This document shows positions 1-8,988 of a stretch of 24,000 bases of DNA, in pieces (the first letter of the stretch is position 1; each line of letters begins with the position of its first letter). Made by a program: the position numbers and the translations under genes. Origin of the DNA: Spirabiliibacterium pneumoniae (lineage in GTDB: Bacteria > Pseudomonadota > Gammaproteobacteria > Enterobacterales > Pasteurellaceae); contig NZ_JABMII010000004.1 in assembly GCF_014884995.1 (NCBI RefSeq), positions 317,504 to 341,503 on the forward strand, read 5' to 3'. Below the pieces are notes generated by a model. That model did not search any database and was not told the DNA's origin. It saw only the letters and a list, made by a program, of their open reading frames with translations.

Positions 1-660
1 GGAGGCTTGTTCTTCGTAGTTTTCGCTTTCCAGTTCAGCGGCGAAATCAGACGATTTATCTTCTAAATACAAGGCTGGGCTGTAGCTTTCTTCCGCGTCG
101 TCTGTTGGCAAATCAAATGCCATATCTTGCCCGCTCATGCGTGATTCCATTTCTTTCACATCATCGACTGACACACCCAGCTCATCGGCCACCATGGCCA
201 CTTCGCTTTCATTAAACCAGCCAAAGCGTTGCTTAGTTTTGCGCAAGTTGAAGAACAATTTGCGTTGCGCTTTGGTGGTGGCGACTTTCACGATACGCCA
301 GTTGCGCAGCACATATTCGTGAATTTCCGCTTTCACCCAATGCACGGCGAATGACACCAAGCGCACGCCCACTTCTGGATTAAAACGACGCACGGCTTTC
401 ATCAAGCCAATGTTGCCTTCTTGAATCAAATCCGCTTGTGGCAGACCGTAGCCTGCATAACCACGCGCAATGTGAATCACGAAACGCAGGTGCGATAAAA
501 TCAATTGCTTGGCCGCATCTAAATCTTCGTGGTAATACAAACGTTCTGCCAACGCTTTTTCTTCTTCTGCGCTGAGCATCGGATACTCGTTGGCAGCGCG
601 AATATAGCCCTCAAGGCTACCTTGCGGGACAAGCATCATGGTTTGCATTTCTTTATTCAT
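1..660 (-). CDS. rpoH: RNA polymerase sigma-32 (heat-shock sigma factor RpoH). The N-terminal ~220 aa are in the window and the 3' end runs off the left edge.
   Basis: My reverse-strand translation from the ATG at 660-658 reads [41 protein letters not shown]...[19 protein letters not shown]...[16 protein letters not shown]. This contains sigma-70 regions 2.x and the RpoH box [10 protein letters not shown]. An AAGGAAGAA Shine-Dalgarno (SD) lies just upstream. The ORF is absent from the track because it has no stop in the window. Confidence 0.9.
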   Translation of the reverse strand, partial: MNKEMQTMMLVPQGSLEGYIRAANEYPMLSAEEEKALAERLYYHEDLDAAKQLILSHLRFVIHIARGYAGYGLPQADLIQEGNIGLMKAVRRFNPEVGVRLVSFAVHWVKAEIHEYVLRNWRIVKVATTKAQRKLFFNLRKTKQRFGWFNESEVAMVADELGVSVDDVKEMESRMSGQDMAFDLPTDDAEESYSPALYLEDKSSDFAAELESENYEEQAS

Positions 661-689
661 TGCATTCTTCCTTAAGTTATGAACCTGCA

Positions 690-717
690 TTTATATCACA
701 ATTGGCGCTGTTGTAAA
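690..717 (-). promoter_or_regulatory. Candidate sigma-70 promoter for rpoH (TTTACA, 16-nt spacer, TGaTATAAA extended -10)
   Basis: The minus strand reads TTTACA acagcgccaattgTGA TATAAA about 30 nt upstream of the rpoH start. This rests on the hexamer match only. Confidence 0.3.
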
Positions 718-821
718 ACAACCCAATGTGATGATGGCTCGAATTCGTATTAATTTAGACGCAAAAAATAATAAAAAGTTCGTCCATTTGGTTAAAGTTT
801 GCGCAGTTAGTAAATGTTCAC

Positions 822-2003
822 TTAGAGCGTAATCTCAAGCTTATCAAGTGCCCGTTGTGTTTTCTCGCGCGCGAACTCAATGCTGTCATCACGGGCTAAA
901 ATCACGCCCAAACGGCGGTGGCCGTTAACCTCGCCCTTGCCGAACAAGCGAATGTCCACTTTCGGCTCGTCAAGTACATCGTTGAGATTGCCAAAACGCA
1001 CGTTGTTTGATTTTCCTTCCACCACAATAGCACGCGATGCAGCGGGTGAAAATTGCTCAATTTCAGGAATCGGTAAGCCGAGAATCGCACGTACATGTAG
1101 CGCAAACTCGGAAAGCGGTTGTGAGATTAATGTCACCATGCCTGTGTCGTGCGGGCGTGGAGAAACTTCGTTGAAAATCACCTCATCGCCACGCACAAAT
1201 AACTCAACGCCAAAGATGCCACGCCCACCGAGTGCGCTGGTAATTTTCTCGGCGATGTTTTGCGCTTGTAAAAGTGCGGTTTCACTCATCGCTTGTGGCT
1301 GCCACGATTCGCGATAATCGCCCTGTTCTTGCCGATGACCAATCGGCGCAAGGAATGACGTGCCGCCAATGTGGCGCACCGTCAGCAGCGTGATTTCATA
1401 ATCAAACGCCACAAATCCTTCAACAATAACGCGTCCGCCACCTGCGCGCCCACCTGATTGGGCGTATTCCCATGCCTGCATGATGTCTTGTTCTGATTTC
1501 AACACACTTTGCCCATGCCCTGATGAACTCATAATGGGCTTGACCACGCACGGCAGCCCAATCTCACTGACCGCACTTTTGAAATCATCCATATTGTCCA
1601 CAAAGCGATAAGGCGAGGTTGGCAGCCCCAATTCTTCGGCCGCCAAGCGGCGGATACCTTCACGATTCATGGTCAATTTGGTGGCATTCGCAGTTGGAAT
1701 CACGTTAAAGCCTGCACGTTCAAGCTCAAGCAGCGTGTCGGTGGCAATGGCTTCGACTTCAGGCACGATATAATCTGGTTGCTCTTGCTCCACCAATGCT
1801 TTAAGCGCCTCGCTGTCGAGCATCGAGAGGGTATAAGCGCGGTGTGCCACTTGTTGCGCGGGTGCGTTGTCATAGCGGTCAACAGCAATCACCTCCACGC
1901 CGAGACGTTGGAGTTCAATCACCACTTCCTTGCCCAGCTCGCCTGAGCCGAGAAGCATTACTTTGGTGGCGTTTAAAGTTAACGGGGTGCCGAGGGTGGT
2001 CAT
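822..2003 (-). CDS. purT: Formate-dependent phosphoribosylglycinamide formyltransferase (GAR transformylase 2, ATP-grasp)
   Basis: The translation [44 protein letters not shown]... is collinear with PurT over its full length. I chose the ATG at 2003 (AGGAG 5 nt upstream) over the track's TTG at 2018. Confidence 0.93.
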   Translation of the reverse strand: MTTLGTPLTLNATKVMLLGSGELGKEVVIELQRLGVEVIAVDRYDNAPAQQVAHRAYTLSMLDSEALKALVEQEQPDYIVPEVEAIATDTLLELERAGFNVIPTANATKLTMNREGIRRLAAEELGLPTSPYRFVDNMDDFKSAVSEIGLPCVVKPIMSSSGHGQSVLKSEQDIMQAWEYAQSGGRAGGGRVIVEGFVAFDYEITLLTVRHIGGTSFLAPIGHRQEQGDYRESWQPQAMSETALLQAQNIAEKITSALGGRGIFGVELFVRGDEVIFNEVSPRPHDTGMVTLISQPLSEFALHVRAILGLPIPEIEQFSPAASRAIVVEGKSNNVRFGNLNDVLDEPKVDIRLFGKGEVNGHRRLGVILARDDSIEFAREKTQRALDKLEITL

Positions 2004-2018
2004 AGCATCTCCTTGCAA

Positions 2019-2041
2019 TAAAAAACCGAGCGCACGCTCGG
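2019..2041 (-). terminator. Rho-independent terminator downstream of luxS
   Basis: The minus strand reads CCGAGCGtgCGCTCGG followed by TTTTTT, immediately after the luxS stop. It lies only ~16 nt upstream of the purT start codon. Confidence 0.7.
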
Positions 2042-2047
2042 TTTGGG

Positions 2048-2554
2048 TTAATTATTCAAAAAACTGGGATCAAGAATAAGTTCGTCGTTTTTATTCACGC
2101 CCACGCCGCGCTCAAGAATATGGCGCGCGATGTCCTGCGCTTCTTCTAGAGAATGGTCGGTGTAGGTGCCGCATTGGTATTTGTTTAGCTCTGGAATGTC
2201 GTTTTGTGATGCCACCTTGAGCACATCGTCCATCGCCGCCAACCACGCTTGCACGACCGCACTTTCATCTGGGCGACCAATCACACTCATATAAAAGCCT
2301 GTGCGGCAGCCCATTGGGGAAATGTCGATGATCTCTACGCTGCTTGAATTAAGGTGATCACGCATAAAGCCTGCGAATAAGTGTTCGAGCGTGTGCACGC
2401 CTTTCATCGGCATAATTTCAATGTTTGGGCGGCAAAAGCGCAGGTCAAACACAGTGATGTCGTCCCCTTTGGGCGTTTGCATGGTCTTGGCCACGCGCAC
2501 GGCAGGGGCATTCATCTTGGTGTGATCAACGGTAAAACTGTCTAATAATGGCAT
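2048..2554 (-). CDS. luxS: S-ribosylhomocysteine lyase (AI-2 synthase)
   Basis: [44 protein letters not shown]...[16 protein letters not shown]...[11 protein letters not shown] carries the LuxS HxxEH and Cys metal/catalytic motifs. The true start is the internal ATG (aa 55 of the 222-aa track ORF). The upstream 54 codons are A/T-rich leader read from a TTG. Confidence 0.93.
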   Translation of the reverse strand: MPLLDSFTVDHTKMNAPAVRVAKTMQTPKGDDITVFDLRFCRPNIEIMPMKGVHTLEHLFAGFMRDHLNSSSVEIIDISPMGCRTGFYMSVIGRPDESAVVQAWLAAMDDVLKVASQNDIPELNKYQCGTYTDHSLEEAQDIARHILERGVGVNKNDELILDPSFLNN

Positions 2555-2673
2555 GGTTTTTCCTTGATAAATTTTTTTTACTTTTTTCGGAACTTTCTTC
2601 GCAAAGCTGTGTCTGAGTATACAAGCAACTTGCAGTTTTTTTCTATAATAAAGTTGGTTCCTTAGGTTATTTC

Positions 2674-2700
2674 GCCCCCACAACTTGGGGGCATTTTTTT
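2674..2700 (+). terminator. Plus-strand intrinsic terminator with no plus-strand gene upstream (see findings)
   Basis: GCCCCCA caact TGGGGGC forms a 7-bp GC stem with a 5-nt loop, followed by A and T7 on the plus strand. On the minus strand the hairpin is preceded by A7 and has no U tail, so it is oriented for plus-strand transcription. Confidence 0.55.
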
Positions 2701-2736
2701 GTCTATTGCAAGGCAAAAGCAGTATAGCACTAAATC

Positions 2737-3360
2737 TTAAGCACCTAAAGCGCCACGCTTAAGCTGCCCTGTGCGCACATCAAACACCGCCATGTTGCCT
2801 GCTAATGCTGCTTGCACCCCAAAATCACCATCTTCAAACACGACACACTGCTCGGGTGGCAACCCTAATCCTTTGGCACATTGTAAAAAAGTGTCTGGGT
2901 GTGGCTTATGGTTGAGCACATCATCGCTGGTGATCACCACATCGAATAAACGGGCAAGATCAAATTGTGCAAATAACATCTCTACAATTTGGCGGTGCGC
3001 GCCAGTGCCGAGTGCGAGTGGCTTTTTGCCATGGTAAAACTGAGCCACTTCAAAGGCGGGTAGCAAAACCGCACTTTCCGCCATATAACGTGCACCAAGA
3101 TCGCGTTTTCTCTGAACCACTTCATCCAATTTATCCAATGGCATGCCCGCTTTTTCCATCATCGCTTGTGCTATGTTATGCGTGGTGGATCCCGTTAATG
3201 CCACCATCAACTGCGGATCAAACGCATAGCCATATTCTTGTCCCATTTCCAGCCAAGCACGTTTATGTGCCGCCATGGTATCGATCAACGTTCCATCCAT
3301 GTCAAAAATGAGCCCTGAAAAGTCTTCAAATTGTACAGGATCAATATGTTTAATACTCAT
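2737..3360 (-). CDS. yqaB: HAD-superfamily sugar phosphatase, YqaB / beta-phosphoglucomutase-like subfamily
   Basis: [28 protein letters not shown]...HKPHPDTF...[13 protein letters not shown] contains HAD motifs I (DMDGT), III (K) and IV (EDxxxG). It aligns by eye along the length of E. coli YqaB. I used the ATG at 3360, not the track's upstream extension. Confidence 0.8.
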   Translation of the reverse strand: MSIKHIDPVQFEDFSGLIFDMDGTLIDTMAAHKRAWLEMGQEYGYAFDPQLMVALTGSTTHNIAQAMMEKAGMPLDKLDEVVQRKRDLGARYMAESAVLLPAFEVAQFYHGKKPLALGTGAHRQIVEMLFAQFDLARLFDVVITSDDVLNHKPHPDTFLQCAKGLGLPPEQCVVFEDGDFGVQAALAGNMAVFDVRTGQLKRGALGA

Positions 3361-3368
3361 GTTATTCC

Positions 3369-4313
3369 TTAAAATGAAATAATTAATTTCCCTTGCGTAC
3401 GACCAGTTTCTAATTGCTGATGAGCGATGGCAAGATCGTGCCAAGTAAAAATAGCTGCAATATCCACATGCAGCGTTTTGTTACTGATCATGGCTAAAAG
3501 TGCGGTCAGATCCGCTGCATTGGGTGTGGCTAGAATTTTTTCTACCTGTAAGCCTCTCGCGCTGCCGGCTTGTTGCAATAGTGGTACATGAATGCTCGGT
3601 ACGCAAATTACTCGCCCACCTGCTTTAACGCCCGTAAGCGCTTGCACGCCACTGTCGCCACCGACAAGATCGATAAACAGATCCGCTTGTACATCAGGGA
3701 AGGTGGTGATTGCGGTGTAGTCCACCACCTCACTTATGCCTTGATCTTCAACCCACGCTTTTTTTGCGCTGGAACAAATTACGACAATCTCCACATCGTG
3801 TTGCTTGAGCAGCTGCAATAGAATATGCCCCACGCCACCTGCTGGCGCAGATAACATTACTTTTTGCCCTGATGTGAGATTGGCCTGTTTGATAATTTGA
3901 TAGGCTGTCACACCCACCGTAGGCAAGGCGGCGGCTTGCTGCATACTGACATTTTCAGGAATGCGCGCCACCAAAGCGCTGTTTACTTTGGCATAACGGC
4001 TATAACCGCCGCCATCAAAACTCAAGGCGGCCACCCGTTCACCTTCATGAAAGCCGCTATTGCAGCCTGCTTTCGCCACCACGCCAGCCATATCAAAGCC
4101 CAGCACCGCAGGGAATTGGGGTTTAAACTTCTCCGCTCCCCAGCCTAAGCCTTGGCGCGTTTTATAATCTACAGGGTTGACGCCAGCAAAGGCGACTTCC
4201 AGCAAAATGTCGTTGTCACCAATCTCTGGCACAGGTAGGCTTTGCGCCACATCAAGCACATTTACATCGCCAAACGCAGAAATGGTGATGCCGTAGTTTT
4301 CACATTCGCCCAT
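3369..4313 (-). CDS. Medium-chain dehydrogenase/reductase family NAD(P)H-dependent oxidoreductase (quinone oxidoreductase-like)
   Basis: ...DILLEVAFAGVNPVDYKTRQG...SAPAGGVGHILLQLLK... shows a GroES-like N-domain and an AxxGxxG Rossmann motif typical of Qor/zeta-crystallin-like MDRs. The ATG at 4313 has AAGGAG 5 nt upstream, and the GTG at 4319 overlaps that SD. Confidence 0.8.
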   Translation of the reverse strand: MGECENYGITISAFGDVNVLDVAQSLPVPEIGDNDILLEVAFAGVNPVDYKTRQGLGWGAEKFKPQFPAVLGFDMAGVVAKAGCNSGFHEGERVAALSFDGGGYSRYAKVNSALVARIPENVSMQQAAALPTVGVTAYQIIKQANLTSGQKVMLSAPAGGVGHILLQLLKQHDVEIVVICSSAKKAWVEDQGISEVVDYTAITTFPDVQADLFIDLVGGDSGVQALTGVKAGGRVICVPSIHVPLLQQAGSARGLQVEKILATPNAADLTALLAMISNKTLHVDIAAIFTWHDLAIAHQQLETGRTQGKLIISF

Positions 4314-4377
4314 GGGCACTCCTTATGTTGATTAACATTTTATTCGTTGCATTTGCTTAGGATAACAAATTCACCCC

Positions 4378-4398
4378 CACAAAAAACCATTTTTTGTG
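4378..4398. promoter_or_regulatory. Perfect inverted repeat CACAAAAAA-cca-TTTTTTGTG in the divergent qor-like/yhfY intergenic region. It is a candidate operator.
   Basis: The 9-bp arms are exact reverse complements separated by 3 nt. The right arm overlaps a TGTGA-N6-TTGCA element (4394-4409) resembling a CRP site with one good half. Confidence 0.45.
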
Positions 4399-4426
4399 AT
4401 GAGCCTTGCAAATTTGGGCGAAAAAA

Positions 4427-4455
4427 TTGCCACAAACCGCACTTTGCACTATGTT
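4427..4455 (+). promoter_or_regulatory. Candidate sigma-70 promoter of the yhf-like operon (TTGCCA, 17-nt spacer, TATGTT)
   Basis: The hexamers and the 17-nt spacer are read directly. The element lies about 45 nt upstream of the yhfY GTG. Confidence 0.4.
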
Positions 4456-4499
4456 CATAGCAACATTTATAAAAAGTAGTTTTAATTTAGGAGTTTGTT

Positions 4500-4889
4500 G
4501 TGAATTTAGACCAACGCATTCAATTATTAGCACAATCAGGCACCATCAGCGAGGTTACTGTGCATGATATCCATAACGTGATTGCAACCTTACAAAAGTG
4601 GCAGGTTGATACTGAGCAAGATCAAGTGGTAATGCTGGTAACACATATCGCAATGGCGCTGGAGCGCGCTCAACAAGGCAATGCTCTTGAAGCACCGCTA
4701 GATGAAGAGCTACTTGCCGAGCTACAGCAAGAACCGCACTTTATGCAGGTGGAACGGCTTAGCCAGTCGCTGCTTAATCAGTGCCAAACCCAGCTCAGCC
4801 AAGCTGAGCGAAGCTATTTGTGGGCAGGCTTAGGGGCGTTGTGCGACGCGCAGCCACACCTGATTGACGAGGTTAACCGTGTTCATTAA
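4500..4889 (+). CDS. yhfY: Small PRD-domain-like protein, YhfY family. First gene of the yhf-like operon.
   Basis: The 129-aa protein starts at a GTG with AGGAG 6 nt upstream. Its size, helical character and position directly before the yhfX/yhfW/php homologues match E. coli YhfY. The assignment rests largely on context. Confidence 0.6.
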   Translation: MNLDQRIQLLAQSGTISEVTVHDIHNVIATLQKWQVDTEQDQVVMLVTHIAMALERAQQGNALEAPLDEELLAELQQEPHFMQVERLSQSLLNQCQTQLSQAERSYLWAGLGALCDAQPHLIDEVNRVH

Positions 4890-6030
4890 TGCGTTGCGTG
4901 CACAAAATCCATCGCTCATTGCCACCGCACTTTCACTGTGGCAGCGCGGTGACATTTTGCCCGACACCTATGTGATTGATTTGCCAACAGTGTTGAACAA
5001 CGCACGCAAAATGCAGCACCTTGCCACACAGTTGGGGCTAAAGCTTTATGTGATGGGCAAGCAATTTGGGCGCAACCCGTTGTTATGCCGCGAAATGCTA
5101 AAGTGCGGTTTGGCGGGCATTGTGGCGGTGGATTTCAAAGAGGCGGCGCACTATTTGCAACATAATTTGCCCGTGGCGCATCTCGGGCATTTGGTGCAAC
5201 CCCCACAAGCGTTGTTGACCGCACTTTTGCGTGCGCGCCCTGAGGTGATCACGGTTTATTCATTTGAGAAAGCGCAGCAAATCAGCTACTGCGCGCAGCA
5301 ATTAGGCATAGTACAGCCGATTTTGCTGAAAGTATATGCACAGGGCGACAACATTTATTCAGGGCAAGAAGGGGGTTTTGCCTTTGACAGCCTTGAGCAG
5401 GTGGTGCCTCAACTGCAAGCGTTGGCGGGGGTTGATATTGTCGGCGCGACCCATTTTCCGTGTTGTTTGTTTGACGGTGAAATCGCGCTGACAGCAAATG
5501 CACACACACTGATGAGAACGGTTGCGAAATTGCGCGAGCTGGGGGTGAATGTGCGCCACATTAATGCGCCATCGCTCACCTGCTGCGAGAGTTTGCCGCT
5601 GCTCGCACGCCTTGGCGCCACCCACGGTGAGCCAGGGCACGCGCTCACGGGCACCACGCCAGCCAACACCGACGGCCACAGCCCTGAGCGCATTGCAATG
5701 CTCTATTTAAGTGAAATTTCCCACAACGTGGGCGAGCATAGTTACTGCTTTGGTGGTGGCTATTACCGCCGTGGACATTTGCATAATGCGCTGATCGGCG
5801 AAAATTTACAGCCCGCCAAAGTGCTGCCCGTCGATGACAGCAGCATTGACTACACCTTCACGTTAGACCGCACTTTTGCTGTGGGCGAGCCGGTGGTGAT
5901 GTGTTTTCGTACCCAAATTTTCACCACGCGCAGCGATGTGGCGATTGTGGATACTTCAAAGCCTGCTGACAACGCCTTAATTGGGCTGTTTGACAGCCTA
6001 GGCAATCCGAAACCAAGGATAATCGAATGA
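4879..6030 (+). CDS. yhfX: Fold-type III PLP enzyme, alanine-racemase-N-like (YhfX family putative amino-acid racemase)
   Basis: [45 protein letters not shown]...[11 protein letters not shown]... has an alanine racemase-like N-terminal barrel with the conserved Lys in MGKQ. I prefer the GTG at 4879 (GAGG 6 nt upstream). The track's TTG at 4864 is possible. Either start overlaps the yhfY 3' end. Confidence 0.75.
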   Translation: MFINALRAQNPSLIATALSLWQRGDILPDTYVIDLPTVLNNARKMQHLATQLGLKLYVMGKQFGRNPLLCREMLKCGLAGIVAVDFKEAAHYLQHNLPVAHLGHLVQPPQALLTALLRARPEVITVYSFEKAQQISYCAQQLGIVQPILLKVYAQGDNIYSGQEGGFAFDSLEQVVPQLQALAGVDIVGATHFPCCLFDGEIALTANAHTLMRTVAKLRELGVNVRHINAPSLTCCESLPLLARLGATHGEPGHALTGTTPANTDGHSPERIAMLYLSEISHNVGEHSYCFGGGYYRRGHLHNALIGENLQPAKVLPVDDSSIDYTFTLDRTFAVGEPVVMCFRTQIFTTRSDVAIVDTSKPADNALIGLFDSLGNPKPRIIE

Positions 6031-7247
6031 AAAAATATATCGTCATTGTGATCGACAGTTTTGGCGTGGGCGAAATGCCCGACGTGGCGAAAGTGCGCCC
6101 GCAAGATATTGGTGCGAATACCTGCGTGCATATTTTGCAAGCGCAACCGCACTTAAGGCTGCCCAATTTGGCAGACCTTGGTCTAATGAATATTTTAGGG
6201 CAGCCTTTCAATGGCATGGCGCTGTCAAGCAATGCCATTTACGGCACCGCGCTATTGGCTCACGAAGGGGGCGACACCTTTATGGGGCACCAAGAAATTA
6301 TGGGTACACGCCCGAAATCGCCGCTGGTGATGCCATTTTCTGCCATTTTGCCACAGGTGGAAACCGCACTTTTGCAGGCAGGCTTTTCCGTTGAGCGAAA
6401 AAGCACAAAGTGCGGTCTGCACTGGCTGTGGGTGAACGACAACATCGCGATTGGCGATAATCTCGAGGCAGATTTGGGGCAGGTGTACAACATCACGGGT
6501 AACCTAAGTGCGGTCAGTTTTAACACCGTTTGCCAAGTGGGGCAAATTGTGCGCGATATTGCCAACGTTGGGCGTGTCATTGCCTTTGGTGGCTTAACCA
6601 CGCGTGAGAAAATCCTCGCCGCCCTTGAAGTCAAGCAAGAGAAATTTGTCGGCATCAACGCACCAAAATCAGGTGCCTATGACGCAGGCTTTCAAGTAGT
6701 GCACATGGGCTATGGCGTAGATGCCAATACTCAAGCGCCAGCGTGTTTGCATGACGCTGGGATTGAAACGGTGCTGGTGGGCAAGGTGGCAGACATTGTT
6801 GCCAACCCCCACGGCACCAATTACCAAAAATTGGTGGACAGTGAAACGATCTTAAACTTGACGCTAAAACACGTCAACATGCCGCAATCGGCGTTCATTT
6901 GCACCAATATTCAAGAAACTGATTTAGCAGGGCATGCCCAAGATGTGGCACGTTATGCCAATCGGCTTGCCTTAGTTGATGAGTATTTAGGGCGGATTAT
7001 GGCGGCCATGGGTGAGCAAGATGTGCTGGTGGTGATGGCGGATCACGGCAACGATCCTACCATTGGGCATAGCAAGCACACCCGCGAAAAAGTGCCGCTG
7101 CTCATTTATCAGCAAAACCGCACTTTAACCCCGCTTGGTCAACGCGCAACACTGGCCGATGTGGGCGCCAGTGCGTGTGCGTTTTTCAATGCCCGTGCGC
7201 CGCAAAGTGGGACATCATTTTTATCATTGATCGGAGAAAAGGAGTGA
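6027..7247 (+). CDS. yhfW: Metalloenzyme-superfamily phosphomutase, phosphopentomutase-like (YhfW family)
   Basis: [19 protein letters not shown]...[10 protein letters not shown]...[20 protein letters not shown] matches the DeoB/alkaline-phosphatase-superfamily metal-ligand motifs (D-S-F-G, DxxGH, DHGND, H-T-RE). Its start overlaps the yhfX stop (ATGA). Confidence 0.85.
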   Translation: MKKYIVIVIDSFGVGEMPDVAKVRPQDIGANTCVHILQAQPHLRLPNLADLGLMNILGQPFNGMALSSNAIYGTALLAHEGGDTFMGHQEIMGTRPKSPLVMPFSAILPQVETALLQAGFSVERKSTKCGLHWLWVNDNIAIGDNLEADLGQVYNITGNLSAVSFNTVCQVGQIVRDIANVGRVIAFGGLTTREKILAALEVKQEKFVGINAPKSGAYDAGFQVVHMGYGVDANTQAPACLHDAGIETVLVGKVADIVANPHGTNYQKLVDSETILNLTLKHVNMPQSAFICTNIQETDLAGHAQDVARYANRLALVDEYLGRIMAAMGEQDVLVVMADHGNDPTIGHSKHTREKVPLLIYQQNRTLTPLGQRATLADVGASACAFFNARAPQSGTSFLSLIGEKE

Positions 7248-7250
7248 GTT

Positions 7251-7619
7251 ATGCGAGTGGTTGTTGGCGGACAAATTGAAAAAGAACATCTTGCCAAGCA
7301 GTTAGAAGTGGCGTTTGCAAAGCATAGTGTGGTGGCGCAGATCACGCAAAAAAGCGACATTGAAGCTGCCATGGCAATAAAGTCAGGCGAGGCGGATTAC
7401 TATTTCGGCGCGTGCAACACGGGCGGCGGTGGGGCGTTAGCGATGGCTATTGCACTACTCGGAGCAGACAAATGTGCCACTATTGGTATGCCAGGCAAGG
7501 TGCTAAGTGAGGCTGAAATTGCTGAGCAAGTGCGCGCCGATAAAGTCGCCTTTGGTTTTACAGGGCAAGATATTGACACGGTTGTGCCAATATTGGTGAA
7601 ACACATTATCAACGGCTGA
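7251..7619 (+). CDS. yhfU: DUF2620-type small soluble protein (YhfU family)
   Basis: This 122-aa protein has a glycine-rich Cys loop, YYFGACNTGGGGALAMA. AAGGAG precedes the ATG. Its position next to the YhfT-like membrane protein matches the E. coli arrangement. Confidence 0.7.
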   Translation: MRVVVGGQIEKEHLAKQLEVAFAKHSVVAQITQKSDIEAAMAIKSGEADYYFGACNTGGGGALAMAIALLGADKCATIGMPGKVLSEAEIAEQVRADKVAFGFTGQDIDTVVPILVKHIING

Positions 7620-7643
7620 TCATTTCAATACGACGGGGGCATT

Positions 7644-8987
7644 ATGGACGGTTCATTTGTACACAATCTGCTGGCAATACCTGTGGATAAACTGATTTTA
7701 ATGGCACTTATTGGCGCGATTTCAGCCATGATGGCAAACAAAGGCATCGCCGTATTTCACGATGGGCTGCGCCCGCTTGTGCCTGAATATTTAGAAGGGC
7801 GAATGAGCCGTAAGGGCTTGGCGGCTAGTAGCTTTGCTTTGAGCTTTGGGCTGGTGATTGGCTTTGGCATCCCATTTTCACTTACCGCACCGATTATTTT
7901 GGTTCATAGCCTGCTGCTTGGCACCGATGTGATCGGCACCTGGACGCCAGATAACCGCAAGGGCTTTATCGCCTCAGGCATCATCGGTGCATTGTACGGC
8001 ATGGCACTATTAGCTGGGCTAAAAGGCATTGTGGAATTGTTTGCGATGATGCCTGTGGATTTTATGAATGAATTAAGCAAAGTCGGCGCACCAATTATTG
8101 CCTGTTTTGCCATATTCCCAGCAGTGGTGATTGGTTATCAATACGGTTATAAAAAAGGCATTTGGGTACTGATTGCCACCCTGTTGGGATATTTGTTGAC
8201 CAAATCGCTGGGCAGCGTGCAATTTGATGTTGACAGCAAGCCTGTGAATATTGACCCTAACGGTATGGCACTGCTGTTTGGGATGATTGCGATGTTCTAT
8301 TTTGCCATGCGTGAGCGCTCTGCGCCGAAAGCTGAGGGCGAAAAAGGCGCCAATGAAATGCTCGTGGGCTTGTTTTCACAGCGGATTCAACGCATTCAAA
8401 AACACAAATGGCTCTTGGCGCTAAGCGGTGGTTTGACAGCCATTGCCGCCTCTATGCCTTATAGCCTGCTGGCAGAAGGCCCTGTGTCACTGCAATTAAT
8501 GGCACAAGATCAACAAACCTCCGCACTGCTTGTTGCCCTTGCCCGTGCGGTAAGTTTTATCCCACTAGTAGGCACCACCGCGATTGCAACTGGTGTTTAC
8601 TCCCCTGACGGCATGAAATTTATTTTCGTGGCAGGGCTTGCCATCGACAACCCAATTCTCGCCTTTGTGGCAGGTTGTGTGATTATGCTGCTTGAGGTAA
8701 AACTGCTGGCCAGCGTGGCGATTTGGCTCGATAAATACCCAGGCGTGAAAGCCTGTGGCGACCACATCCGCACCGCGATCACTAAAATGCTGGAAGTGGC
8801 GCTGCTCGTCGGCGGTATGATTGCCTCCAACGCCATTTTGCCTGGTATGGGATTTATGATTGTGGCGGCAATTTACCTGTTAAACCGCACGTCCAAACGC
8901 CCACTGGTCGAAATGGCAATCGGGCCAATTGCCACCATTGTGGTGGGCATTGTCGCCAATATTTTGGCACTTGTGGGGTTAGGCTAA
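7644..8987 (+). CDS. yhfT: Polytopic inner-membrane protein, YhfT family (putative transporter)
   Basis: The 447-aa protein has at least 10 long hydrophobic segments throughout. Its size and context match YhfT. Confidence 0.75.
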   Translation: MDGSFVHNLLAIPVDKLILMALIGAISAMMANKGIAVFHDGLRPLVPEYLEGRMSRKGLAASSFALSFGLVIGFGIPFSLTAPIILVHSLLLGTDVIGTWTPDNRKGFIASGIIGALYGMALLAGLKGIVELFAMMPVDFMNELSKVGAPIIACFAIFPAVVIGYQYGYKKGIWVLIATLLGYLLTKSLGSVQFDVDSKPVNIDPNGMALLFGMIAMFYFAMRERSAPKAEGEKGANEMLVGLFSQRIQRIQKHKWLLALSGGLTAIAASMPYSLLAEGPVSLQLMAQDQQTSALLVALARAVSFIPLVGTTAIATGVYSPDGMKFIFVAGLAIDNPILAFVAGCVIMLLEVKLLASVAIWLDKYPGVKACGDHIRTAITKMLEVALLVGGMIASNAILPGMGFMIVAAIYLLNRTSKRPLVEMAIGPIATIVVGIVANILALVGLG

Positions 8988-8988
8988 T

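Noticed and set aside
137-322. A 61-aa plus-strand ORF inside the rpoH region
   Set aside because: It lies antisense to a clearly recognisable sigma-32 coding sequence. It has low-complexity Ser/Thr-rich content and no SD. I treat it as a shadow ORF.
880-1317. Plus-strand 145-aa ORF, plus the other small ORFs at 902-1105 and 1700-1888, overlapping purT
   Set aside because: They are antisense or out-of-frame shadows of the well-supported purT frame and have no recognisable motifs.
2004-2110. PurR operator upstream of purT
   Set aside because: I found no good match to ACGCAAACGTTTGCGT in the short region between the luxS terminator and purT or in the luxS 3' end.
2555-2716. N-terminal extensions in the ORF track. 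This covers luxS at 222 aa, plus the similar extensions of the HAD phosphatase to 3444, purT to 2018, ridA from 15462, Slam from 17921 and the oxidoreductase to 4319.
   Set aside because: The extensions start at non-ATG codons, lack an SD, encode unconserved junk and run through leader sequence. In each case an internal ATG with a good SD matches the known family N-terminus.
5282-6238. A stack of minus-strand ORFs (75-106 aa) opposite yhfX and yhfW
   Set aside because: These are typical GC-rich antisense open frames (Arg/Ala/Pro-rich). They overlap one another in different frames and sit opposite confidently assigned genes.
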